Notes: a model not told the origin generated them from the sequence alone. Counted from the stretch's first letter, positions 10,970-21,688 are shown. The stretch: DNA of 39,651 nucleotides from Synechococcus sp. (GCA_051439605.1 JBFRWN010000060.1:1-39651), one strand, 5' to 3'. Numbers and translations: made by a program.

Positions 10970-11204
10970 TGATATCGCCGATTCACTTCTATTTAAATAA
11001 GACTTGAGCTGCTGAAAGCAATCAATCCAAACTCTTTATGAAAGTGGCACAAATCTTCATAACCTTGTTCCTGCTATATTCTTCTAATTTGAATTGAGCG
11101 ACTTGAGCAAAAGTGCAATCGATAAGATCTGAAAGGCTTATACGATAATTCGATCTCGATAGTTTGTAATGCTGCCCCCATAGTTCTGAAATCCTGCATA
11201 ACCA

Positions 11205-12794
11205 ATGCTTCAAACAGATATCCCTTTAGCTAACGATCGCCAAAGCAGTACCAACAAACCTGACTATCTGATTGTTGGGAGTGGATTGTCAGCCCTAGTA
11301 TTTGGAGCGCTAATGGCCCAAGCAGGTAAAATCGTTCGTATTCTAGAGGCCCACGAGCATGTAGGAGGCTTTGGTCATACATTTACGCTGGCGAAGAAAT
11401 ATACTTTCAATGCTCAATTGCATTATGTCTGGGATTGTGGGAAAGGCAATACCGTCAACCGTGTCTTAAAAAAGCTGAACTTAGACGATACTGTCACCTT
11501 TGAACGATACGATTCTGACGGATTCGATCGCATGCGAATGCCTGGCTATTCTCTCGATATTCCCTCCGATTCAGAAGAATTAATCCGGCGGTTGTCTGCC
11601 TTATTTCCTCAGAGCAGCGATCGCATTCGCAAATTTGTCTTGGAAGTGCACAGGGTGCGTAAGGGATTAAAGCTCCTATCTCCTCCGATTTCACCTGTGG
11701 AAACTTTACGACATTTCAATTCAGTGTTGCCGACAATTCAATATCTCAACAGTACGTTGCAAGATGTATTCGATAAATTTCAGTTGCCACTTGCAGCCCA
11801 AACGTTACTAGCACTGCAGTGGCCTGATTTTATGCTGCCACCCAGTCGGCTGTCATTCTATGCTTGGGTGATTTTATTTACTGGATATCAAGAGGGGGCT
11901 TTTTACCCCACCAAACACTTTGATTTTGCGATCGAGTCCTTGGTCAATGCGATTGAAAAATATGGGGGTGAAATATTACTCAATCGAGAAGTCATACAGT
12001 TTCATATTGAGGGCCGGCGGGCGATCGGAGTCACCGCTCGAGATCGGCGCTCGGGTAGTACTCGCCAGTATTCTGGAAAGGCGATTGTTTGTAACATGGA
12101 TCCGCAGAAGGCCGCTCAGGAAATCGGGCTCGAGCGATTCTCCAAATCTGTCCGCAAGAAACTCGATTATGACTACTCCCCATCCAACTTCATGGCCTAC
12201 TGCGTCGTAAAGAACTTAGACTTGCGTGACTATGGGTTTGGCAAGACGAATCTATTTCATTCTGGTCATGAGGACTTAAATCATGCGTTTGCTCAAATGT
12301 ATGACAAGCACGATTATTCAAATCCCAGCTTTGCCATTACAACCCCGACATTACTAACCGATGCAGTCCGTGACTGTCCGGAAGATTGTCAAATTATCGA
12401 ATTCCTCACTGTCGCGAACTACGATTATTTTAAGCATCTTCTAGACACCAGTCGTAAAGCATACAACCAAAAGAAAAATGAGATTCTACAGTCAATCCTC
12501 GATACTGTCGAAGAACACTACATCCCCAATCTAAGAGAGCATTTAGTCTTTAACATTGCCGGCACCCCAACCACTAACGAACGGTTTTGCTGGTGTCCCA
12601 ACGGGAATTCATATGGCTCTAGCTTGACTCCACGAAACATGGGGATTGGCCGTTTGAACCATCAATCCTCCCTAGAGAATTTTTACTTTTGCAATGCATC
12701 TTCTGGTTATCCTGGCTTTGCACCAACATTTTGGACGGGCGCTCTGTTGTATCAGCGTTTGTCGGGAGATGTACTTCTAGGTCGGGATGCTTAG
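11205..12794 (+). CDS. FAD-dependent oxidoreductase, phytoene desaturase/carotenoid isomerase/retinol saturase-like
   Basis: IVGSGLSAL...LEAHEHVGGFGHTF, TPTTNERF...GNSYG; 529 aa. Confidence 0.85.
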   Translation: MLQTDIPLANDRQSSTNKPDYLIVGSGLSALVFGALMAQAGKIVRILEAHEHVGGFGHTFTLAKKYTFNAQLHYVWDCGKGNTVNRVLKKLNLDDTVTFERYDSDGFDRMRMPGYSLDIPSDSEELIRRLSALFPQSSDRIRKFVLEVHRVRKGLKLLSPPISPVETLRHFNSVLPTIQYLNSTLQDVFDKFQLPLAAQTLLALQWPDFMLPPSRLSFYAWVILFTGYQEGAFYPTKHFDFAIESLVNAIEKYGGEILLNREVIQFHIEGRRAIGVTARDRRSGSTRQYSGKAIVCNMDPQKAAQEIGLERFSKSVRKKLDYDYSPSNFMAYCVVKNLDLRDYGFGKTNLFHSGHEDLNHAFAQMYDKHDYSNPSFAITTPTLLTDAVRDCPEDCQIIEFLTVANYDYFKHLLDTSRKAYNQKKNEILQSILDTVEEHYIPNLREHLVFNIAGTPTTNERFCWCPNGNSYGSSLTPRNMGIGRLNHQSSLENFYFCNASSGYPGFAPTFWTGALLYQRLSGDVLLGRDA

Positions 12795-12853
12795 GTCTGG
12801 GCTCTTTGCCTTGGCAATCAATGACTTCGAACGACTGACTGCGGTAAAAATTC

Positions 12854-14074
12854 ATGCGGATAGCAATTGTTGGAGGTGGAGCAAGTGGCATGGTTACAGC
12901 CTACCTGCTGGATCGACAGGGACACGGTGTCACCGTATTCGAACGGGAGCCAGTTTTAGGGGGTCACATTCGTACGCTAAATAAAAATGTCCAACCCAAT
13001 CGAGCCAACTGCAGCGAAATTTTAGAAAATGGTGTGTTGGAATTTCCGGTAGCCTTTCGCAATTTCCTAGCACTGATGAAAGAGTTAGATGTAGCAGTGG
13101 AACCTATCAAAATTGGCTCGGGAGTGTTTTTAAAAGACGGTCGCTATATCCTTTCAACTCATTCCATCCAGCGCAACTTTTCAGGGCTGCAAAGACTCTA
13201 CGAATACCTCAGGATCGATACTGTTTACGCCCGTTCGGCAGGATTTTGGTTGAAAAGTCGTTTTATGCATACTGCGGAGTTTCACAATCGCCCCCTTGAG
13301 TATTACTTGAGTCGTCGCTGCATCCGCAATTGCTGGCTAAAATTGCTGGCGATGTACAGTTATTCAATAGCATTTGAGTCGATCGATCGTTGTCCGGCAG
13401 AATTAGTGATTCCTGCGCTGAAAAAATATATTTTTGTGCACTGGGTCAGAATTAAAGGAGGAGTCTATACCTATATCGAAAAGATTCTGCAACGCTTTAA
13501 GGGAACTATCTATCTGGATGCGCGGATCTCAACGATTAGTAGAGAGGACGATGCTGTCTGCGTTCGATTGGAAGAGGGGGCCTCTCTTGAGTTTGACAAA
13601 GTGGTTTTTGCCACTCCTCCCGATCGCGTTTTAGAGCTATTAGCTGACCCCACAGACTCTGAAATTCAGAGGTTTGGTACCTGGCAAGAAAATCGCATCG
13701 AAACCCTTTTACATTCCGACACCGCACTGTACGAGCCCTACGGCATTCGAGCCTATTCAGAATTCGATTTTTTTCAAGGGAGTGACGGTTGGGGATATAA
13801 CGCCTATCTCAATCAGTTGTGTGACGTTCAGTCCCCCCCCCACTACAGTTTGGCCTTCAATCTCAAACGGGAGATCGCCCCTCAGGCGATCGTGCACATC
13901 CAAGAGCACAGCACACCTCTTTATACCGTCGAAGCCTTTCGGTATCGAAATGAGATCATCGCCACCAACGGCGACAATCACACCTATCATGCCGGTGCTT
14001 ATCTGGGGGACGGACTCCACGAAGGAGCGATCGTATCTGCGATGCGAGTGGCCCAACTGCTGCAGCCTTCTTAG
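12854..14074 (+). CDS. FAD-dependent oxidoreductase (COG2907-like, amine oxidase fold)
   Basis: MRIAIVGGGASG, FERE..LGGHIRT, LHSDT, GAYLGDGLHEGAIVSA. Confidence 0.85.
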   Translation: MRIAIVGGGASGMVTAYLLDRQGHGVTVFEREPVLGGHIRTLNKNVQPNRANCSEILENGVLEFPVAFRNFLALMKELDVAVEPIKIGSGVFLKDGRYILSTHSIQRNFSGLQRLYEYLRIDTVYARSAGFWLKSRFMHTAEFHNRPLEYYLSRRCIRNCWLKLLAMYSYSIAFESIDRCPAELVIPALKKYIFVHWVRIKGGVYTYIEKILQRFKGTIYLDARISTISREDDAVCVRLEEGASLEFDKVVFATPPDRVLELLADPTDSEIQRFGTWQENRIETLLHSDTALYEPYGIRAYSEFDFFQGSDGWGYNAYLNQLCDVQSPPHYSLAFNLKREIAPQAIVHIQEHSTPLYTVEAFRYRNEIIATNGDNHTYHAGAYLGDGLHEGAIVSAMRVAQLLQPS

Positions 14075-14121
14075 AAGCGAGTTCCCTCACAACAACCCTC
14101 CTCCGTTCATCTTGAATGCCA

Positions 14122-14442
14122 TTAAAAACTGGCTAACCGATAGTGAAATCCGCGATCCCCAAACCGATTTTCAAACTCGGAAACCCCAGGCCACAGTCTA
14201 CCCTGTTCGGTTTGCGTTTCTACGGCAATTTGCTGGCTGGCAGCTTGCAGCTCAACAGCTTGATGGGTTATTGACGGTACTGTTGGCTGCGATAGGTGAC
14301 TGACGGGGGGAAGGTCAACCACCATATCGGATTGCAATTGCGCAACCGCTGGCTCGTAAGCAGACAGAGCTACTGCGACTATCGAGGCAGCCACGGGCAA
14401 GATCCAGGTGGAATGTAACGCTATCACTGCAATACCCTCCAT
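14122..14442 (-). CDS. Putative small secreted protein
   Basis: A hydrophobic stretch ends in an AVA|Q signal-peptidase-like site. The ORF fits the gap between neighbouring genes without overlap. Confidence 0.4.
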   Translation of the reverse strand: MEGIAVIALHSTWILPVAASIVAVALSAYEPAVAQLQSDMVVDLPPVSHLSQPTVPSITHQAVELQAASQQIAVETQTEQGRLWPGVSEFENRFGDRGFHYRLASF

Positions 14443-14533
14443 TAGTGAAAATGGATATAGTGGCATTTCGCTCCCCACAACGTCTTGCACCAATGACAAT
14501 CCTTCCCATCTCCATTATGGCCCTTTCAAATTG

Positions 14534-15472
14534 ATGCCTCTCAACCTTCAGGACGCCCTTCCCCTTACCCCTGCAACAATCGCGCGAGCTCGGGAGGGAG
14601 TTGCGGCAGCCCGCAATCCTGTCATTCGCAAAACCATTCAGGAGACGCGATCTCGATTGGCTAAAGCTACAGACAGGGAAGTTCCCAAGCATCTCAGCGG
14701 AACTATTCGTCGAGTTATTTTGCGTACGCTTATCCACAGCCTGTTCGATATTTCCGTAGAGAACCGGGAAGCTCTGCCCAATGACGCGGCCATTATTGTC
14801 AGCAACCACCTCAACCACTTCGATGCCCTGATTCTTTTGGCGGAGATTCCAGCTCAGCCCTTTTACTACATTCTGGGGGATGCCCGCACTCTGTTCAATC
14901 GATGGTGGAAGCGCTGCATTCTCCACTTTGCTGGAGGGGTGATTCCGGTCGATCGCCTTTGGGGGGAGGAGCGAGCAGTGCTGGAAGCAGTTTCAGGAAC
15001 TACCGAGAATCCAGCTCGGTTGTCGGATCTTGCACGATTGGCAGCAATGGTGGAAAAAGATGTGCCCACCGGTAGGAGCCTGCGAGCGATCAAGCAAATT
15101 GGATTGGCTGTGCGAACAATCTTGGCACGGGGGGAAGGAGTGCTTGTCTTTGCCGAAGGGCGGTTGGGTCGGCGAGAAGGGAAGCTGCATTTGCCCTTAA
15201 AGCGAGGGACAGCTCTTTACGCTTTGCGAGCTGGAGTTCCAATTGTACCCATTACCCTAACAGGAGTTCGGGATCTGTATTTCAGAAAAAAGCTAACCGT
15301 TCGCATTGGTAAACCCTTATTTGTTGAAAAGAGCGAACGACCCAAACGAGAGGACATCGATGCGTTACTGCTGAAGGTCGAGCACAGCTTGGGAGAACTG
15401 ATGTCAGTAGATTATTGCGAGCCCAGAGGCCTCAAATTGTTTCGGTATTGTCTCAATCACCTGCTGTATTAG
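14534..15472 (+). CDS. Lysophospholipid acyltransferase (PlsC-like)
   Basis: NHLNHFD (HX4D), IPVDR, FAEGR, KRG...GVPIVP. Confidence 0.88.
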   Translation: MPLNLQDALPLTPATIARAREGVAAARNPVIRKTIQETRSRLAKATDREVPKHLSGTIRRVILRTLIHSLFDISVENREALPNDAAIIVSNHLNHFDALILLAEIPAQPFYYILGDARTLFNRWWKRCILHFAGGVIPVDRLWGEERAVLEAVSGTTENPARLSDLARLAAMVEKDVPTGRSLRAIKQIGLAVRTILARGEGVLVFAEGRLGRREGKLHLPLKRGTALYALRAGVPIVPITLTGVRDLYFRKKLTVRIGKPLFVEKSERPKREDIDALLLKVEHSLGELMSVDYCEPRGLKLFRYCLNHLLY

Positions 15473-15569
15473 GGGTAATGCAGGGGGTCAAATCGTTTTG
15501 AACCCATTGGAACAGAATGACACGCTTATGGCCACGGGGGAGAGCGACTGAGCTTATTGCGTTGACCGA

Positions 15570-17894
15570 TTATCGCCAGCTAGGATTTGAGCTCAATAGC
15601 TCCCATACCTGTTCTTTTGGCAGGGGTTCGCTGAAAAAGTATCCTTGCCCTGATTCACATCCAACTGCCCGTAGTAAGGAAAGTTGACCGGCGGTTTCCA
15701 CCCCTTCAGCGGTAACCGAGAGTCCTAATTCCTTAGCGAGCGTAGCAAGCGTTCTCACCAACGATAATTTTTGACCTCCACGCTCAATCGTTTGTACGAA
15801 GGAAGAATCAATCTTAATCTGGTCGACTGGAAAATCATACAGTTTACCGATAGGTAAGACCCCCGTACCAAAATTATCGATCGCGGATTTGACCCCTAGA
15901 GTTTGTAATTTTTGCAGCGAGGCGGTTGTTGTTTCGGGCAACTTGGAGAGTACCTTCTCGGCAAATTCAAGCCGCAGACTTTGAGGATTGAGATTAGCTT
16001 GATTGAGGGCGTAGCTAATACTGGCGGTGAAACGTGGATTTTGCAGCCGTTTGGCTGAAAAATTAATGGCGATAGTGGGGATATCGGTGCTACTTGCTTG
16101 CACCTGCCACTCGTGCAATTGTCGGCATACTTCTTGCAGCACCCAACGATCGATATCCTCCTCTAGGGAGCAGTCCTTGGCGATCGGCAAAAAGTCATGG
16201 GGAGAAAGCAGTCCTCGCTGAGGATGCTGCCAGCGGACTAAAGCTTCTAGCCCTTCAATTTGTCCGGTTTTGAAGGAGATGATGGGCTGGTAATGCACCC
16301 GCAACTCTCGGCGCTCGAAGGCTTCCCGCAATTCTTGTTCCAGTTGCAATTGTGTCTGTGCCTGTTGATGCATTGTCTCATCAAACACAGCATATCGATC
16401 CTTGCCGCTCTGCTTGGCCCGATACATTGCTGCATCCGCATCTCGCAGCAGTTCATCAGGGTGCTCGTAGACAGATGACGAGATCGCGATCCCCATACTG
16501 GCAGTAACTGTGACCTCTTGCTGCTCTAGCAGAAATGGCTGAGAAATCTGATTGAGTATCCGGTTAGCAATGCGACTGATCTCCTTCGCCTCCGCTACAC
16601 CATCTAACAGAAACGTAAACTCATCCCCCCCAATACGCGCAACCGTGTCCCCTGGGCGCAAGATCGATTCCAACCGCCGTGCTAGCTCTACCAACAGCAG
16701 ATCTGCAATCCTATGGCCTAATTCATCGTTAATGCGTTTGAAATTATCCAAATCGAGAAACATCACCGCAAAGTTGCATTCGGGGTGACGCTTGCTCCGG
16801 GCCAGAGCTCTCTCAACACGTTCGGAAAACAATCTGCGATTTGGCAGTTCAGTCAAGGGATCGTGGAAGGCGGTAAAGCGATTTCTTTCATCTTGCAAAG
16901 CTCGCTGGGCGTAGGTAGCGATGAAGTTTGCTACGTTTTTCAGCCAATTCAGTGCCCCTGGCTTAGCCGATACAACTTTGGGATGGGCTAGGGTCAACGT
17001 ACCAAACAAACCGTTGTTTCCCAGCATAGGTAAACAAATAGCAGTTTCGATCGTGAGATGTCTATCAAAGATGGGTATACCTCCGGAATTGCGCAACGCT
17101 TCACCCGTTTTGACGCTCGCCTGCCGGGTGCGGGCAACCGTTCCCGAGAGAGTAGCGGTTGCGGGAAACTCGACGACGGATTCGTCGGAATAGGTGATGC
17201 CTTCAGCCGCAAAAAACTGCATGACATCCCGTTGGGGTTGGTAAGTTTCTATGACAGCGAGGGGAAAGCCAGTTACCTCCATGAGTTTCTTGAGCATGGC
17301 CCGAAGTGCCACGGGTAGAGAGATAACCTGCAACGCGATTGATGCGATCGCTGAAAACCCTTGCAGCTGCTTGCCTTGTAGGCGCAAAGCTTGCAGTTCC
17401 TGCTGGTATTCACTGATATCCCGAACGATGGTGAGTAGGACGGGAGAGTCCCCCACAGAAATAATTTCCAAGGAGACCGATCCAACCCGGTGCTGCTGCG
17501 TAGCGGTAACGTACTCCAGTTCTCGATATCCTGTTTCTCCCGAGTTGAGTTCCCTGATGCATTGGGTGTGGGCAGCACTCTCCACCCATAAGCCCACCTC
17601 TTTCATAGAGCGACCAATGACATCAGCGGGCTGGTGACCTGTCTGACTAATAAAGCCTGGATTGACTGCCAGTATCGTCCCTTCGGTCATCGTGGTAAGG
17701 ATATACGCATCGGGGTTATACCGAAAAAGAGCTACAAACTCCGCAGCAGCAGAGATCAGTGGCTCTAGTTCGGGCTTCAGAGAGGGAGAAGACAAGTTAG
17801 CTGGAGGAGTATCGGTGCTATCAGTTGAATTCGATTCAGGTGCCGAGCGCCCTTTGGAGACCTCATCGTTAGGAGATATATCTGCCATATTCAC
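15570..17894 (-). CDS. PAS-GAF-GGDEF-EAL protein with degenerate EAL motifs
   Basis: HDPLTELPNR, DLDNFK, RPGD I-site, GGDEF and EALVRW are present, but the EAL domain has EFAE and DNFGTGVLP. Confidence 0.93.
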   Translation of the reverse strand: MNMADISPNDEVSKGRSAPESNSTDSTDTPPANLSSPSLKPELEPLISAAAEFVALFRYNPDAYILTTMTEGTILAVNPGFISQTGHQPADVIGRSMKEVGLWVESAAHTQCIRELNSGETGYRELEYVTATQQHRVGSVSLEIISVGDSPVLLTIVRDISEYQQELQALRLQGKQLQGFSAIASIALQVISLPVALRAMLKKLMEVTGFPLAVIETYQPQRDVMQFFAAEGITYSDESVVEFPATATLSGTVARTRQASVKTGEALRNSGGIPIFDRHLTIETAICLPMLGNNGLFGTLTLAHPKVVSAKPGALNWLKNVANFIATYAQRALQDERNRFTAFHDPLTELPNRRLFSERVERALARSKRHPECNFAVMFLDLDNFKRINDELGHRIADLLLVELARRLESILRPGDTVARIGGDEFTFLLDGVAEAKEISRIANRILNQISQPFLLEQQEVTVTASMGIAISSSVYEHPDELLRDADAAMYRAKQSGKDRYAVFDETMHQQAQTQLQLEQELREAFERRELRVHYQPIISFKTGQIEGLEALVRWQHPQRGLLSPHDFLPIAKDCSLEEDIDRWVLQEVCRQLHEWQVQASSTDIPTIAINFSAKRLQNPRFTASISYALNQANLNPQSLRLEFAEKVLSKLPETTTASLQKLQTLGVKSAIDNFGTGVLPIGKLYDFPVDQIKIDSSFVQTIERGGQKLSLVRTLATLAKELGLSVTAEGVETAGQLSLLRAVGCESGQGYFFSEPLPKEQVWELLSSNPSWR

Positions 17895-18256
17895 GCACCT
17901 ACTTACGCGCTACCGAAACCAATTTAACACCACAAGTATGTAAATTTACACAATATTCCGCATTGCACAAATCAAATTTTTTGCTAAACCGGTGTTCCGC
18001 AAGTTGGATTGCGTCATGAAAGGTATTCATCAGAATAGCCAGAAGTACTGTTCTATAAAGGGTTTTATAGTTTTGAGCCTTCCGCTTGTTTCTTTGTCAA
18101 TTCTTAACAAATGTATTAAAAGAAACTCGAAGGAGAGGCTGGTTTCATGTCAACAGTGGATTTGAGTAACTGTCTGAGGGTTGCCCAATCCTTAGTACTG
18201 AATACAATCACCCTTCAAGGCCTTACAGAGCAAGCCTTAAAAAGAACTCTCGGATT

Positions 18257-20476
18257 TTATTTGATCCTGTTCAATACGGGCCTCTCCGTCGCTGCTTGCC
18301 GTATCAATTTTTTCTCCGCTTCGGCGGCAGGCGCGGGCTTGCTAAACCAAAACCCTTGGACAGAGTCGCAGTTGGCTTGTTTGAGAAATTCCAGCTGTTG
18401 ATGAGTTTCCACCCCTTCCGCCACCACATTTAAATCGAGTCCTTGACCTAATCCGATTACCGATCGCCCAATGATATCTGCACTTTGGGAAGCACCCAGA
18501 TCTGCGATAAACGAACGATCAATTTTCAGGGTGTCACAGGGAAATTGGCGCAGGTAACCGATAGACGAATAGCCTGTACCAAAATCATCGATAGAAATCT
18601 GTACCCCCATGTTTCTCAGGGCTGTCAAAATCCGAATAGTGCGGTTAGCGTCTTGCATTGCAACACTTTCAGTGATTTCCAGCTCAAGAGTATTAGGAGA
18701 CAAGCCTGTCATTTTCAGCACTTGCGATACCTGTGACAATAACTGAGGTTGCTGAAACTCTCTGGCCGACAAATTGACGGCAACATGCAGCCGCGAATAG
18801 CCCCGCTCGTGCCAATGTTTGATTTGACGACAGGCTGTCGTTAAGATCCACTCCGTCATAACTGTAATAAATCCGCTGTCTTCGGCAATTGGAATGAATC
18901 GGTTGGGTAACAACAGCCCGAGTTTGGGATGATTCCACCGCAGTAGCGCTTCAAAACCCAAGATCGAGCCGGTTTGGGTATGAATCTGAGGTTGGTAATA
19001 GAGTTGTAGTTCTTCCCGCCTCAACGCCATTCGCAAGTCATTCTCTAGCGACAGCCGAGTGGTGGCCTGAACGTTCATGGCAGCATTGAAAAACTGATAG
19101 TTATTGCGTCCTAGGTCTTTGGCTCGATGGAGAGCGGTTCCCGCATTTTGCATCAAGCTTTGAGCATTGACGCCATCTGTGGGGTACAAGGCAATGCCAA
19201 TGCTAGCGGTGACATGGATCGGCTGTCCGTCGATCGTCATGTGCTCTTGGAGGTTATTCAGTAACCGCCGTGCCAGTTTGGCAGCATCTTTGGCCTGTAA
19301 AAACGGAGTCAGAAGGGCAAATTCGTCTCCCCCCCACCTGGCAAGAGTCTCTCCTCCCCCTAATTCATGTTTGAGGCGGGTTGTAACCTTTTGCAAGATG
19401 ACATCTCCGGCACTGTGACCGAGGGAATCATTGATGGTTTTAAACCGATCGACATCGATGAAGAAAACGGCAACTTGGCTGTTCGTGTGCTGAGCATTCG
19501 AGATGGCTTGCGTGAGGCGATCGTGGAAGAGCATTCGATTGGCCAAGCCAGTGAGGACATCGTAGTAGGCCATAAATTCGATCGTTTCACGGTCGCGTTT
19601 ACGGGCTGTAATATCCTCCACAGCACCCTCGTAACCAATTAATTGGCCACAATCGTCACGTATGGCGCGGACGGTTTCAGAGATCCATTTGGTCGTACCA
19701 TCGCGGCTGTAGATTTCGGACTCAAACACCTGCATCACGTCAGTTTCGTCAAAGGCTGCCAGTATCTCTGCCTGTCGCTGGGGATCTAAATAAAGTGGCT
19801 GGTCAAACTCCTGTACCCCAGCAATGAAGTGCTCGGGAGACTCATACCCATAGATTTCCGCTAAATTGTGGTTCGCACAAACATGCTCGCCAGAAGTTGT
19901 TCTGAAGTAGAGCCCCATCAAGCTATCGAACAGCGTTTGTGACGAGGGATGAGATAGACCCTTGCTCAGCATCGCGGTTTCAAACGCGCTCGCGGTTTGT
20001 TCGCGGAACTGTTCGATTTTCCGTGCTGCAAGAGGGTGATTGAAATAGAAGGTGCTGACAAGAACAACGAAACCGTTATCGAGCATTGGAATACTGAGTT
20101 CTGCAATTGCACCTGAGGTTGCCGCTACAGTACTGAGCTGTAGGGAGTTCTGCAATCGCAAGCCATTCGAACTAGAACGCTTTGATGACGAACCATTGAA
20201 TCTGGTAATTTGGGGGTCAAGCAAGCTGATATAAGTTGGCTGTCGAGATAACCAGGCTCTACCTGCACTCCCACTTCCTATAGCAACATCAAGACCCTTT
20301 GCAAGATTGCGAATCGCTGGGAATGGACAGGTTGGATGATTCCAAGTACTCGCTCGCGATAAGACCAAACGATGGGGCTTTGGCAGCCATATTTCTCCGC
20401 AGATACAGTCTAAGACTTGGCATAGATCGCCGATTGTCTTTGATAGTAATGAAGATTGTTCTGTCGACTCATCCAT
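18257..20476 (-). CDS. GAF-PAS-GGDEF-EAL protein
   Basis: YDVLTGLANR, DVDRFK, GGDEF, EALLRW, VNLS, EITE, DDFGTGYSS, AEGVE, QGF. Confidence 0.93.
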   Translation of the reverse strand: MDESTEQSSLLSKTIGDLCQVLDCICGEIWLPKPHRLVLSRASTWNHPTCPFPAIRNLAKGLDVAIGSGSAGRAWLSRQPTYISLLDPQITRFNGSSSKRSSSNGLRLQNSLQLSTVAATSGAIAELSIPMLDNGFVVLVSTFYFNHPLAARKIEQFREQTASAFETAMLSKGLSHPSSQTLFDSLMGLYFRTTSGEHVCANHNLAEIYGYESPEHFIAGVQEFDQPLYLDPQRQAEILAAFDETDVMQVFESEIYSRDGTTKWISETVRAIRDDCGQLIGYEGAVEDITARKRDRETIEFMAYYDVLTGLANRMLFHDRLTQAISNAQHTNSQVAVFFIDVDRFKTINDSLGHSAGDVILQKVTTRLKHELGGGETLARWGGDEFALLTPFLQAKDAAKLARRLLNNLQEHMTIDGQPIHVTASIGIALYPTDGVNAQSLMQNAGTALHRAKDLGRNNYQFFNAAMNVQATTRLSLENDLRMALRREELQLYYQPQIHTQTGSILGFEALLRWNHPKLGLLLPNRFIPIAEDSGFITVMTEWILTTACRQIKHWHERGYSRLHVAVNLSAREFQQPQLLSQVSQVLKMTGLSPNTLELEITESVAMQDANRTIRILTALRNMGVQISIDDFGTGYSSIGYLRQFPCDTLKIDRSFIADLGASQSADIIGRSVIGLGQGLDLNVVAEGVETHQQLEFLKQANCDSVQGFWFSKPAPAAEAEKKLIRQAATERPVLNRIK

Positions 20477-21109
20477 ATAGTTCTTTTGGGATGCCGTGCA
20501 AATCTAATGAGATTGTTGCGGAACAATTACTCTAAAGCGCACCTTGCCTGTTAAGAAGCCGCAAGGGGTTAAGAATATTACTGATTAAATCAGTCAGAAC
20601 ACATTCTGGAAATACTGATTTACCGAAAGAAAGGCTATAAAATTTATTACGCCACTCTGTGGAATTGGTGCTATTTTATCCAAGTTAAGACTATTTTATA
20701 TAGTTTTCTGACTTCATCGTACGGTCAATAACTGCCAACAGCGTAACCCAATCTTTATGACAGGTACCTATCTAAAGGGTTTCAGTCACGAGAAACGGCT
20801 GAAATCCGAGGAGGCAAGAAGTGTGTCGAATATCTGCGTAAATGTACTCCATATACGACCTTGAGGTGTAAGACTACACTAGATTTTGATAATTATTTAC
20901 TTTAATTTTATATAATTTTTTCGTGATTTTACTTTGAATGGCTTGACATTATCTGGCGATTGACTAGTTATTAGCAGCTCCTGAGTGCTGCCTGAGGGAA
21001 TAGGCATAGTGTTGAAGGCTTTACACACCATTGCTTTTCAGCATCCGCGTCACACACATGAATACATATATATTGCCAGCCATAGGGGATAGCACTGGCG
21101 CTTTATTCG

Positions 21110-21688
21110 CTACTGGAAATAGTCCGGTTCGTTGCCGGGTTTCCATTTGATATTGCAACCAATACTTGGGGCTTGCTGCTCGATAACAGGATGACCGCTT
21201 AGCACTGCATCCATGGCCGAGCGCAAGTCTGACCCTGTCACAGTGACGTTATTACTTGGACGACTGCTGTCCAGTTGTCCGCGGTAAACCAGTCGCTGAT
21301 CGCGATCGAATAAAAAAAAGTCTGGGGTACAGGCAGCCGTGAAGTCCTTGGCCACTGCCTGAGTTTCGTCATAGCAAACATAAAAGCTCCAGCCCAGGGA
21401 TCGGGCCATCTCTCGAAACCGTTCCGGTGCATCTGCCGGGTAGTTCTCTACATCGTTAGATGAAATGGCCACGATTGAAAGGCGATTCGCGTAGTCTTGT
21501 CCAATTCGAGTTAGCTCCCCTTGGACGTGTTTGACAAACGGGCAGTGGCAACAAATAAACATGACTAACAGGGGGCGATCGCTAGGCAATTCATCCGATA
21601 GCAACAAACCACCGCTCATCACGTCTTGAAGCTCGAAGCTGGGGGCCAAGGTCCCCAGTGGCAGCATTGTGGAAGGTGTCAAGCTCAC
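21110..21688 (-). CDS. Thioredoxin-family (AhpC/TSA-like) protein
   Basis: STMLPLGTLAPSF, FICCHCPFVKH, AACTPDFFLFD, YRGQLD, SIGCNIKW. The GTG at 21688 has a purine-rich RBS. Confidence 0.92.
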   Translation of the reverse strand: MSLTPSTMLPLGTLAPSFELQDVMSGGLLLSDELPSDRPLLVMFICCHCPFVKHVQGELTRIGQDYANRLSIVAISSNDVENYPADAPERFREMARSLGWSFYVCYDETQAVAKDFTAACTPDFFLFDRDQRLVYRGQLDSSRPSNNVTVTGSDLRSAMDAVLSGHPVIEQQAPSIGCNIKWKPGNEPDYFQ

